DNA of 55,451 bases, the filler included, from Jimgerdemannia flammicorona (Eukaryota), in NCBI GenBank assembly GCA_003990765.1. It is 3 parts of 3 records of this genome, joined end to end, with 100 filler letters (N's around TTAATTAATTAA, not from the genome) between each part and the next. Parts side by side here need not be neighbours in the genome. Positions count along the whole stretch, not along the records: positions 1 to 18,420 come from RBNJ01002215.1; 2 more parts are not named here. One strand, given 5' to 3'. This document shows, piece by piece, positions 1 to 11,900 of the stretch. Under the pieces are notes generated by a model. It did no database searches. It had not been told where the DNA came from and saw only the letters and a list, made by a program, of their open reading frames with translations. A program made the translations under genes and the position numbers. Each line of letters begins with the position of its first letter. Position 1 is the stretch's first letter.

Positions 1-312
1 AAAAAAAAAAATAGCTAATTTAGTGACAATTTAGCAGCCAATTTTGTCTACATTACAGAGTAAGAAATATATATCTAATATAATATTTTAATATAAATAA
101 CATAATATTATTTAGTTTAATATAGATTAGATATATGTTATTTTATTTGATTATTTATTTATTTTATAATTATTAGACTATAAAGTCAATAATTAATTTC
201 TATTAGAAATTCAAATATATAATTAACTTTATTTTTATTTTGAAATTTTACATTTAAATATACTTGCAAAATAAACTAAAAGATTTATCCATTTAATTGG
301 TTTAGAAACAGT

Positions 313-877
313 TGTAGGAGGGATAGGCATAGAGCATGATGACGACATGAGAATTGGTGACGTCACTTTTTTTTTCTCAGTTCAAAACAAAGATTTTTCA
401 CTTGCAGCCGATTTCCCTGTTCGAGTCAGCACCGGGTTATAAAAGTTGTATCAGGCCCACAGTTTATGGAGCATGTTAAGACACCTCTGGTGGACGCATG
501 ATCGCCTGTGGCCACATTGCTGTGGGCGGTTACCTCGGGTATTGTCCTTGTGTGAGTCTCGAACCAATTGGGGTACGAACGTTGTAGGGGATAGACCCTT
601 ACACCTAGTACTTGTAGCTGGTGATTATCTCCATACAGATAAGTATTTCATATCAACGTGGTGAATATTGTATAATCTTCGAAATCCGAAACACCTACTA
701 ACTTTACTTTTGACCGGTTCCTTATGCCGGTCTTGGTTGCTGTAAACCAACTGATGAGCCCCTTAAGCAAGGGCGAAACCGGTCTATTAGGTCATCTCCA
801 TTCTGTAATGCTTATGTGTATTTTATGTATTTACTTATTTATAAACAATACAAATTTTAAACGGATATGTCCAAACA
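313..877 (+). mobile_element. Solo LTR (retrozyme-like) containing a hammerhead ribozyme
   Basis: Starts TGTAGGA and ends TCCAAACA (TG..CA, imperfect inverted termini). Flanked by an exact 5-bp duplication ACAGT (308-312 and 878-882). TATA-like TATAAAA near 438 and ATAAA near 841. CpG retained, unlike the AT-rich left flank. Confidence 0.72.
726..783 (+). ncRNA. Type III hammerhead ribozyme
   Basis: GCCGG-UC (726-732, GUC cleavage triplet); stem I UUGGUU/AACCAA (733-738/745-750); core CUGAUGA (751-757); stem II GCCC/GGGC (758-761/771-774); GAAA (775-778); stem III 3' strand CCGGU (779-783). Confidence 0.9.
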
Positions 878-1631
878 ACAGTGTTGTTTAAGCTTCAACA
901 ATGATCTTGCTGGTGATGGTCATATTAAACACTAGCCACCGTCATCGACCCTTGCTACTGACTGATGGACGAGGAGTCCATTTTGGTTGCATGCCTGAAG
1001 CTTACGATTGAGAGGTTGCTCAGGTCTGTGAAGGAGAAGAGTAAAGGAAGAAGCTGCGAGTCATGTAGGTTGCGGACCAGGAGAAAGTGGGGATGGTGGT
1101 GTGAATTTGTAACTCGCGTTTGTGGCTCACGTGAATACGAAACGGAGTATAACAGATTTGATACTCACCTCCTGATCTTCCCTCTTCCAATATCAGTATT
1201 TTCGCTGGTTGTCGGTTTTCTTCACACCACTGGAACAAAGTAAGGTGTGCAGCTTCTTGTTTCCAAAAGCCTTCATCAGATTTCAAGTAAGCTGCGAATG
1301 GCTTGCTCGGTTACTTGTATGTCAAGAGAAGTTCTGAGGCTTTTGCGCTAATGACCAGACGAAAGATATGGTTGTCGATTAGATAATGCGCTATGTCGAT
1401 GTAGGTGATGACCCGTTCTTGGTCTTGTCTGATACGCTGCTCTGCAGCTCAGGATTGCTATTTGTCACGAATTACTGTCGTTTCGCCTTCACACCAATTA
1501 AGGTATTATTGCGAGGAAAAATTGGTATGGGAGAGTCTTTGAATCCTATTTCCTTTCATTTAGCTTATATATCCTTCAATATATTATATATATGCTATTC
1601 CATTTTCATATTTGTCTGTTTTTATATCGGA

Positions 1632-3568
1632 TTACTGCACTATTTCCTCCTTATCCTCCACCGTATCCCAGAAAGTCAACCTCTGATCGTTAAGCTCATC
1701 GTCATCTGTCTCGTATCTCGTCACACCTCCTTCTTCAAACACCAACACCTTCCCTCCTTTGCCCGTAAACCTTTCCCACTTTACCGACGCTTCGCCCATG
1801 AGCGGCAGGCCGCTCGCCGCAAATGACATCCACGCCTCGACGATACGATCCGATGTCCTGCTCTCCGCCTCTGTCAGCTTCTCCCTCCGTTTAAACACGA
1901 ACGGCAGCTCGATCGCGTGATGGATACCGAGGTTGAGCCCGGAGGTTATCTCGAGCCCGGAGGTTACCTCGAGCAAGGAGTTGAAACGGTAGTAGTATAC
2001 CTTGCGACCAGTTGCCGCGAGCCGTCGCGCGGCATGCCGCACCGGGCCCGAATAGGCGCGGTCGCCATGGATGCGTGCAAGGGCGAGGATCTGGGTATCA
2101 TGGAAATCGGTGATCGGGTACAGCATCTCGAGCTTGCCTGCTATGGTCGGGAAGGCCTTCGCGAGGGTGTCGTGGTATGTCTCCGCGATCGGAATGCCAG
2201 TCACAAAGATCGTTCCCTCGTCTGTGTTGTTGCCGACGATGATCTCGAGCACGTTAGGGTCAACATCGCCCTCGTTCAGGAGCGTACGAATCTCCTTATG
2301 GATATTTACACCGTCTATGGTACCATGCCAGCGGATTTTGGGGTTGGAGTTCGATTCAATGCACGGGATGACCTCGATGAGCTTGTTGCTTGGGATACGA
2401 CGGAGCTGGGCCAGGCGGTTGGGTGGTTTGATACCAAGCTCGTCGCAGACGAGGTCGAAGGTGCGTTGTTGATCTGAAATCTTGGGAGTAGGTGTAGTGA
2501 GTTTGATGCCAGACTGGAGGATCGCGCGTTGGAAGAGGTTGCGTGAAATGAAGAGGTGAAGGAGGATCGAGAGAGAGCCGGCAGAATTGCCAAATGCTGT
2601 AATACGGGAGGCATCACCTCCAAAGAGGTGGATGTTTTCTTTCACCTAATGTCAGTAAAGCAAGTGTACGAGGAATTGCATTGATTAATTTTTGAGGAAT
2701 GTGGCTGCACAATACGTTCTCTGACTTACCCATTCAAACGCCAATTGCTGATCCAGGAATCCATAGTTTCCGGCGCTCAAATCTCCGGAATCTTCCGCGA
2801 GCTCATGGGACGCCAAAAATCCGAAAATATTAACACGGTAGTTGATCGTGACGAGAACGATGGGGTTGGAGTCGACTAAGTTTGATCCATCTGCAATTAT
2901 AGAATGCAATGAATATGAAGGCAAGAATTAGTGCGAGATAATATCAAACAATCGAGGCCACGACATTTCAATCAAACTATTTACCAAGAGCAGGTTTACA
3001 TCCGTTTCCATTCCTAAACCCTCCGCCAAAGACATAGACCATGACCGGCCAGCCTTCCTTGGGCAATGTCTGCATAGGTGGTGTCCAGACATTCAGGTTC
3101 AGGCAGTTGTCTTCATCGCCTACGGTCTCGGTATCAGCGAGGATAGCGTCGAGGCCATGGGATCCCTCGGGCTGTGGGCATTTGGGGCTAGACGTTGGAT
3201 GGACGATGTAGTTTTGAGTTAATTACGGATGTCGGAAGAAATCCATAGTCAACGACATTTCAAAGTTTGGATTATTTGTCAGTATACAAGTACCAGAATG
3301 GTTGTAATAATATATTCACCCAGGCTTTGTCGCATCCCTAACTTCCTCCCATTTTTGCTCCAACTTCTTGGGTGCTCTCCATCTGAGTTCTCCGATCGGA
3401 GCCTGTGGATATGTCAACGTTGGTCGGCCAGTTGATCACTTCACGACGAAAAGGAGTGTTACCATTACAACAAACCTGGGCATACGGGATATTGTAAAAT
3501 ACGCGATGTGTTGGGCGAACGGCACCACGGAGTGGGCCTAAGGGTAGAGTAATTTGAGCGTCAGACAT
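1632..3568 (-). CDS. Type-B carboxylesterase/lipase (COesterase family), multi-exon
   Basis: Spliced exons give IPYAQ-APIGELRWRAP, EDNCLNLNVWTP, VMVYVFGGGF, NYRVNIFGFL, GNYGFLDQQLAFEW, nucleophile GNSAG, NTDEG and GIHHAIEL (S-E-H triad). GT..AG introns (e.g. 3475-3403). No signal peptide evident. Confidence 0.93.
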
Positions 3569-3882
3569 GGCTTCGGTCGACAGGATAACAGGTTGAAGTG
3601 GCTGCGGTGCCCCTGTGTAAGGTAACGTGACCTAAAATAGGCTACTACTATTTCAGCTATTACTACCAGTCACAAGGTTTGGTAGGCAACCTTCTGAGTC
3701 TCTTTTCTACAACATATACCCCCTCTATCTCAGGTTGGTTTGCTGTACCTATTGCAGGGCAGTGGGAGGGAGGTAATGATGATGAGTTATCTCTTTATTA
3801 GTATTGGATTAGTGCTTTCTCTACTTTTTTACAATTTCTGGTATCTTTAACTACATCTGGAATATACTCATTTTGGTATAGT

Positions 3883-3940
3883 GTCTTCTTCCTTTTGCCA
3901 TCATTTTTTTTTTTTATAGTCTTCTTCCTTTTGCCATCAT
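3883..3940 (-). repeat. 22-bp direct duplication flanking a short poly(T) tract (tail-only retro-insertion)
   Basis: GTCTTCTTCCTTTTGCCATCAT occurs at 3883-3904 and 3919-3940, separated by T11-ATA. Confidence 0.6.
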
Positions 3941-4619
3941 CAACAAGGTGTCATCTCAGTATATCATAGACTATATATGTAAGAAGTTGGCCAATCTTAA
4001 GTATTAAGTAAGATTATTTATAGATTATTAGTATTTATGATAGGGCTCTTTAAGCTTTGGTAAGCTTCTTAGTAAGTATAGTTCTGGTGTAGGTGGCTGC
4101 TTTTCAGATAGGGTCAGTTTGAGAGAAGAGATGGCTATTACAGATAAGAAAAAGAATGATAATAGTAAATCAGTTAAATACTAGACTAAAGATAGTCATT
4201 GGAGTTAAAGTAAGTATTATCTCAGTAAGGTCTTTTGATTGGTTGACAGAGAGTAAGATAGTGTAGTAACTAGTATTTTGACTATATCTAATTAAAACCA
4301 AGAGCTGATATAGTAATATGATTAAGGCCCACAGACTTAGAGAGTAAAACTAAAAGTTAATATGAAAATATAATTGAGACTTATAGACTTAGAAAGTAGA
4401 ATTGGAGTCTTCTTAAACTCTAATTTATATATTAGTTCTTTTGAGAGAATCTTATATATAAGTTCTCTACTCACTTATTATAAATTCTTTCTATTTTTTA
4501 TTGATTAGTTAGAGGGTTTTTCTTTATCTCTAATCTTCATTTAGAGTCAAAGAGATTATATTATTTAGTTTTGATATTACTAGATTTGATATTTTTTTTT
4601 TATTTTTTTTTATAGTTAC

Positions 4620-7600
4620 TTAGACTCCTTTATTATCCTATTATATCTATCAAGATATATATATATAGTTCTCTAATCCACTACCCAATCTCTCTAAGAG
4701 AATCTCTCTCTATACTCTTATGATGAAAGACTACTTTACTATTAACTATCACAATTCTTCCTCCACTCTGCTTATACATAGATCTTCTCTATTAATTAAT
4801 AATGATAACTATATATTCTATAAACCTCACTCTCAGTTACCAATTTATCAGGACATTCTCCATTAATCTTTTTCATTTTGTTAAATACTCTCTCAAACTC
4901 AACTGCTATCTCTCCTCAAAAACAAATAATTAGTATCCAACCAATCTCACCCATATAGCCAAAATCCACCTAATGATAAGTTATTTATTACCAATCTCAC
5001 TTACCAATCTCTTCCTCAAATCCTCTCATTGGCTCCTCTCATTATCCCTTCTCATTCCTTCTCAATAAGTATCACCATACTACTCAGAACTTAGATAGTA
5101 TTTAGTATCATACCTTAGCACTCTAGGACTAGACTCTTATTTAGTCTCATCTTTTACCAATACCTACCACCTATTAGCTAATAGACCATATATTCTATTC
5201 TAGCTCTCTTTGATACTCTATACTATTACTAATATCAAAGTCAACTAGTAGAGCACTATCTAATAGGATATAATTCCAACTCTATATTACTGGGCCCCAT
5301 AGTATCTCTCTCTCAGCATCATATTAGTGAAGATCAATATAGTATACCCTGTCAACCACTCCTTATTAGAAGTTCTTATATTGTATACATCTACTATCTC
5401 TAAGCTCAACTAGAGATAGTAGATCTCCAGAAGAGTCTCTTAAAGAAAATCTCATCTCCTAAATCTTTTGTATCAGAAGAACTCATCCACTACCTCTCAG
5501 CTCCACAGCTCTCTTCAGCCACTATACTCTCAGATAATGAAGTCTCTTTGAGAAGTCCACCAGCCCAAGACTCCCTCTATTTACTAGTAATAATAGAATA
5601 TCCCAGCTAATCTAGTTCTACTGCCTAGCCCAAATCTAGTCCTTGGCTAGCTTTAATAATCTCTTTACTACCTAGGCTAGAAAGTTCAAATAATATACCA
5701 AATACTATAACTTCAGAAGTCAGTAGATATTCAGGATTGAAACATGATCTACCAAAGAGATATGATGGTCACTCCAGCTCTGCAGAGCCTTCTCTCAAAT
5801 AACCATCTGCTACTTTTACTAAGTTTTAAGCAAGACTGAGCTATAGACTGAAAGAAAAATGTTCAGATATTATACCATATCTCTAGTGGAGACAATTGTT
5901 CTAATGACATCCCCTTCTATTAGACTATTACTCAATACTATTATTTCATACTTATGCCAATTGAGTTTTGCCCCAGAGTGAGCCTCATATTACTCCACTA
6001 TCTTCTTAAGTACTCTTATATCTGCAATTGAACCAAGGCCAACTACTATGTCATCTGAAAAGACTTCCACCTTCCAGACAATTTCAAATACTGAAAGCTC
6101 TACTATCTTATAATGAATTCTATCTATCAATAGCTTCAAGGAGAGAGTATACAGTATAGAGGACAGTAGGTCACCCTGAGACATACCTCTATCCAGTGTA
6201 AATACTATATCCTGATATCTATTGTATATAAGTACTACTCTACTCTCTTTCAGCAGGCTGATTATTAATATACAAAACTGCTGAGGAACTTCAATTTAAT
6301 CTAGCACCTTTGCTAACCAGACTCTTCTGACATAATCATAGGTCTTTTTCTGATCCAGAAAGATCAACCTCCTATCTAGCCTACTAGCTCTGGCCCCTTC
6401 AATAATACTATAAACCTAAGCTATACTATCCTGAATAAACTAGCTCCCAACAAATCTCCATTACTCCTCACTTAGTCCTTATTGGGTTACCCTCTGCAGC
6501 TTTACCACAATAATCTTAATAACTATCTTTCTATCTATATCCAGAAGTATGATCAGTCACCAGTTCTTCCAATTCTCTCTGCTGCTCTTTTTCTTATATA
6601 ACAAAGCCACTAGTCTCAGATTCTGTCCTCTCACCCACTTCTCTGATAGTAGTATAGAGTCACAAAATTCTGTTATCTCCTCCAGCACTCTAGAAATACC
6701 CACTATCTTCTTCCAGAAGTTCTATGACAACCTATCCTCTCCTGGTACAGTACTCAGCTTTATCTAGCAAGAATCTGCTGAATCTCCTCTTTCTGAACTA
6801 GTAGTACCAAACTACCAAGCTTATCTACTTGTGGTGGATACCAATCCTCCAAAGTATGTTTAATAGCAGTAGTATCTACCTTACTCTTCTCCTCACTCCA
6901 CAACTATTTCATCTCTCCTTCAAAGAGCCTAAGATATTTTATATACTATATATCAGCAGGTCCTCAGAATCTAATACTTTCTTCTATCTTTACCTCATCC
7001 TCTATATTTGAAGAGATACTTTGAGGGCCTCTTCTCTTTCTCAAGCCCCTATCACTATAGTTGTATAGCCATGCCTTTCATAAGAGTCTCTTTCTCCTCT
7101 CTCAACATCTATTATAACTCTTTTACCTCCAGTTTTGCTTACATTAACCTCCAATTCTCTATCCCCTCTAAGTTCAGTAGATTAGTCCATTTTCTTTATA
7201 ACCATACCAACCTAGTAGAGGCCCAAGTTACTCTCTTTCTCTACTATCTTCCTGCAGTCTTATCAGTCTTGCTTCAGTATACTCTAGCTACCTCCTTCAG
7301 TCTCATCTATTAAATACCAACTGGAGTACCTTCTCAGACCTAACTATCTACTTTCTGCCTAATGGTCTCAGCCCAAATGTCTCACAACTTCTTATCAGCC
7401 AATAGAGAAGAATTGAGACACTAATGTCTAAACCTCTCTTTACTTTCTCTAAACTATCCATACCCCAATAAACTTCAATAATCTGACCATGGGTACTACT
7501 CAACCTCTAGAGACTTTCAGATTCCAGCATTCTACTATCAGTACTTAGTTAATTCTAGTCTCAAGACTATCTACTCAATGAGTATAGATTCTTCTACTTC

Positions 7601-8142
7601 TCTATATCACTTGACCAGCATCTACTAAGGATCTAAGATACTTCACCTCCTCCTAACTATCCAGTCTACTACTTCTGTCTTCTATATTCCTTTTCTGATC
7701 TATCCTATCTATCTGTACTATACAGATCATATTGAAGTCTCCTTTAAGTATATCCACTCCTGCCTCTCCAAGAACTCTACTATCTATCTGTCTACTCTAT
7801 TTACTCACTCCTAGCTACAGAGTAGTAGCAAGATCTAATCATAATTAGCTCTCATCCTAGCCAATGCCATTTACTCCAAACTAGTTAATCTTTCTAATTT
7901 CTGCTTCCATATATTTTATCTCTCTCTTTTTATACCAGTAGCCCAATCATGTTATTTCAAACTACTGCTCCTTTCCATTCTCTTGTCTACTCCTATTGAT
8001 CAAGATCATCCTTATAATATACATTCTGCAGAAGAAAGAGATCAGCTTCTAATCTCTTTAACCAAGTAAAAATGTTATACCATCTCCCAGAACTCTATAA
8101 GCCATTCACATTCAATAAAAAAATATTAGTTGTACTATTCAT
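4620..8142 (-). pseudogene. LINE ORF2 (APE endonuclease plus reverse transcriptase), many stops
   Basis: ATG at 8142, then LNVNGL, GDFN (~7740), FLDQKKTYD (~6350), QGDLLS (~6170) and FSDDIVV (~6050). The 3' boundary is approximate. Confidence 0.85.
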
Positions 8143-8178
8143 AGAGAATAATATTAATATAGATATATTCTCTTCACA

Positions 8179-8581
8179 TGTAATGGTTCTAGTTTCTAAA
8201 TGAGGAAGTGACTAATTCTAGTGGTCCTAAGTAGCTCAAAGAGATACTAAGGATTCAAGTGTTCTTGAAAGATTTTTGAGAGAAAATATTCTGAGACTTT
8301 ATTCATGAGAACAAAGAGAATATTTATACAAGATCTGAAAGAAGGATCTGGAAGAATCTGAGAAATCAAAGGAAAATGCCAAGAGAAAAGTTCTCGGCAA
8401 AGATGACAAATGATGATAAATAAAGTTTTACAAGTTTCCAGGATATTCAGTGACTAACTAAATAAGTACTAGTTAATGCTCAGTGCCAAGAAAGGATTTC
8501 AAAGTATTCAGAAAGTATCAGAAGGTTGTAGAATATTAAAGAAAGATAAAGAAAAGAAATAAACTATGCTAAAATATTACA
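8179..8581 (-). repeat. 3' LTR of chromovirus
   Basis: TGTAAT...ATTACA; roughly 94% identical by eye to 13798-14200. Confidence 0.95.
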
Positions 8582-8904
8582 TCTCCCCCTTCTTAAGAAT
8601 CAACATCCTCATTGAATTCTCAAAGTTATATATGATAAACAATAAGACTAAAAGAAACTTCAAATTAAATATATCAACTCATTGGTAAGGATTGGTCATC
8701 CTTATATAAGGTGAGGGCCAAAGTATCATCTTGATCAGATGAGAACTAGTTTGAACCTCATTGGTTGCAGGATTTATAGAGTTCTTCTGTATCTCTTACT
8801 TCTGATGCTATATTCCTTAGAGAGCCTTGATGCATAATGTACCTGATCAGTACAGTAGGTCATCTACTATCTAAGAGAAGAACCTCATGGGCAGTCAATG
8901 AGTT

Positions 8905-11900
8905 CCTTTTTGTTCGAACTCTTGGATGAGATCTTGGGAGTTCTTGAGATTGGTGGCAGGTTCTCAGGTGGCATCATATTCAGGGTAATCCATCCACTTG
9001 ACTAGGTATTCTGTGCGACAGTATCAGACTCATTTGTCTAAGATTTTCTCAACTTTATACTTGATATGGTCTTTAACTATAACTGGTACTGATGGTGTCA
9101 GAATTCGGCCAGGGTATGGGGGTGACTGGTTCCAGGCCTTGAGTTGTGACACATAGAATACTGGGTGTATATGTATGGTTGTTGGCAAGTTGAGATGGTA
9201 AGACTAGGTAGAGACTTGCTCAGTAATCTCAAAGGGTCCAAGGTACTTGGACTGGAATTTGGCTGACTGGTGGTTGACTTGAGATTGAGCCTTGATGTTG
9301 TCAGCTTTGAGTAAAATCATATCACCAATGTTGTATATGACATCTCGCCACTTCTTATCTGTATACTTAGCTTGATGTTGCTGAGCCTTTTGCAGATTCA
9401 TAGTGGTGATCTTGAGAAGGGAATCCATTTTATCAATAAGATTCTGGGCTGTGGGGACTTGAGTGTAACTGGATTGCTAGAATTGGACTAGACTTGTAGA
9501 GGTCTCAGGTTTTTGACTGTAAAGTAGCTGAAATGGGGAAAGACCAGTTGATAATTGGTTGGCATTATTGTAGATAAACTTAGCATAGGTCAGATAGTAG
9601 TCCCAATCATCTTGCTCATAAGACACATAGTTTCTGAGCATTTGTTCAAGTGTTCTGTTCATTTGCTCTATCTGTCTATTAGTTTGAGGATGAAAGGCAG
9701 TGGACATAGCAATTTGGGTTCCAAGGGTCTTGAAGAGTACTTGCCAGAAGTGACTTGTAAACTTGGGGTCGTGGTCACTGATAATTACTCAAGGAAGTCC
9801 ATAATGGCAGAAGACAGTCTTGAAGAAGATTCTTGCAATTTCTGGAGCAGTGGCATTGGTTGTAGTTGACTTGGCAATTGTAATCTTGGTGAGATAGTCC
9901 ACAAATACAATAATGGCATCATAGCCTGTTTTGGTTCATGGGAGTTGTACAATGAAGTCCATTGTGACTTGTTCGAACTTCTTGGTCAGAATTGACAAGA
10001 GTTGTAGAAGACTGGCAGATACTTGGTTGCTTGACTTATTTTTGGCAAAGATTACAGCTTTGGACATACTCCTTGATTTTCTTAAGCATGTTTGGCCAGT
10101 AGTAGTCTCATTGGATATTCTTGATGGTCTTCTCAGTTCCAAGGTGGCCAGCTAGTAGGGAGTCATGGTGTTTATGAAGAATCTTATACCGTAGTTTAGA
10201 GTTAGTAGGAATATATACTTTGTCTTAATAGTACACGAGATTGTCCTTGATGGTATACTTTTCCTTAAATTTCTTAGTGTTCCTTTGTAGAACCAGAGAG
10301 TCTTGTTTGTATGCCTTCTTGATCTGGTTGAGGAATTCAGATGCCATGGTGACTTGTAAAATTGCGACAAGGTCAGGTCTCCTTGAAAGTATATCTGGTA
10401 TAACTAGAGTTTTGCCAGGCTTATAGATGATATTTGGGGTAAAAGTCTGAAGTAGTTGGCTCCACTTGGCTTGTTGGTGAGAAAGGGTTGATTGAGTGTT
10501 GATGTACTGAAGGGACCTGTGATTGGTGATCATGTTGAACTCAACTCCTTCTAGATAGTGTCACCAGGTCTTGAGGGCATATATGATTGCCAGGAGTTCC
10601 TTTTCGTGAGTAGCCAGCTTTTGTTCTGCTGGGGACAATTTTCTTGACTCAAAGGCAATAGGTCAGTGTCCTTGACCATCATCTTGCAAAATGACTATAC
10701 CAATAGTAAAGTTAGATGTATCTGTAGTGACTGTGAACTTCAAGTTTAGGTCTATGTTTCAGGACAGGTGCATGGGTCAGGTAGTTCTTGAGTTCTTGAA
10801 AGGCTTATTGACAGAAGGCATCCCAGATGTAGGGGACATAGAGGTTAGAGTTGGGTTCCTTTTGCAGGAGATTTGTCAAATATTCTGTGATGCCAGAGAA
10901 GTTCTTGACAAATTGATGGTAGTATCCAGCCAGACCAAGGAAGGACCTGAGTTCAGTGAGGTTTGCTGATACAGGCCACTGTTCAATGACTTGTATTTTC
11001 CTTGGGTCTACTTGAATTACTTTGGCTGATACAATGTGTCCAAGGTATTTGACTTGATCCTTGAAAAATTTATATTTCTTGAGCTTTGCATAGAGCTTAT
11101 TCTCATGGAGGATCTTGAGGACTTGTTCAATGTGCTTGAGGTATTCTTCTTCAATACTACTGAAGATCAGGATGTCATCAATATATACAAGCATGAAGAT
11201 ATACAGCTGATCCTTGAAGACAGTTTGCATGAGATCTTGAAAGATTGCTGGCGCATTGGTGAGACCAAAGGCTATGACTAGAAATTCATAGAGTCCAAAG
11301 GGTGTCATGAAGGCAGTCTTGGGTATGTCTTCTGGCTTGATTCGAATTTGGTGATACCCAGAGGTGAGATCAATCTTGGTGAAGTACTTGGCATTCTTGA
11401 GAGCATCAAAGATTTGATCTATGAGTAGTAGTGGATAATGGTTCTTGACTGTGATCTTGTTGAGTGCACAGTAGTCTATATACATTCGCAGAGTATCATC
11501 CTTTTTCATGACAAATAGGACTGGGGAGCCAAAGGGTAACTTGCTTGGTTGAATGGCTCTTTGCTCAATGAGTTCATTGAGTTCCTTCTTGACTGCTTCA
11601 ATTTTGAGTAGAGATATATAGTACATTTTCTTCTTAGGTATAGCTTTATCAGATATCAACTTGATTTTGTGGTCATGGTCTCTTGAAGGTGGTAGACCAG
11701 GTAGTTTTTCCAAGAAGACATTCTTGTACTTGTTCAGCAGTAACTTGATACTTTCACTAATCAATAGCTTCTTGTCTTCTTTCTTTGGTTAGATCAGTGC
11801 TATAAAGGCATAGATAGCTTTCTTGAGGGCCTTCTTGAACTGAATTGCTGAAAGGGTAGCGATTGGGGTTCTTGTCTGAGTCTTGTCTGGCTTGATGGTA

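Noticed and set aside
775..800. Alternative type I hammerhead reading using GGTC at 790-793
   Set aside because: The sequence after that site cannot pair with AACCAA to form stem I; the type III fold is fully paired.
1255..1285. Minus-strand CTGATGA...GAAAC resembling a second hammerhead core
   Set aside because: No convincing stem II or stem I/III pairing.
1917..2477. Long plus-strand ORFs overlapping the esterase
   Set aside because: Antisense shadows of a GC-rich coding exon.
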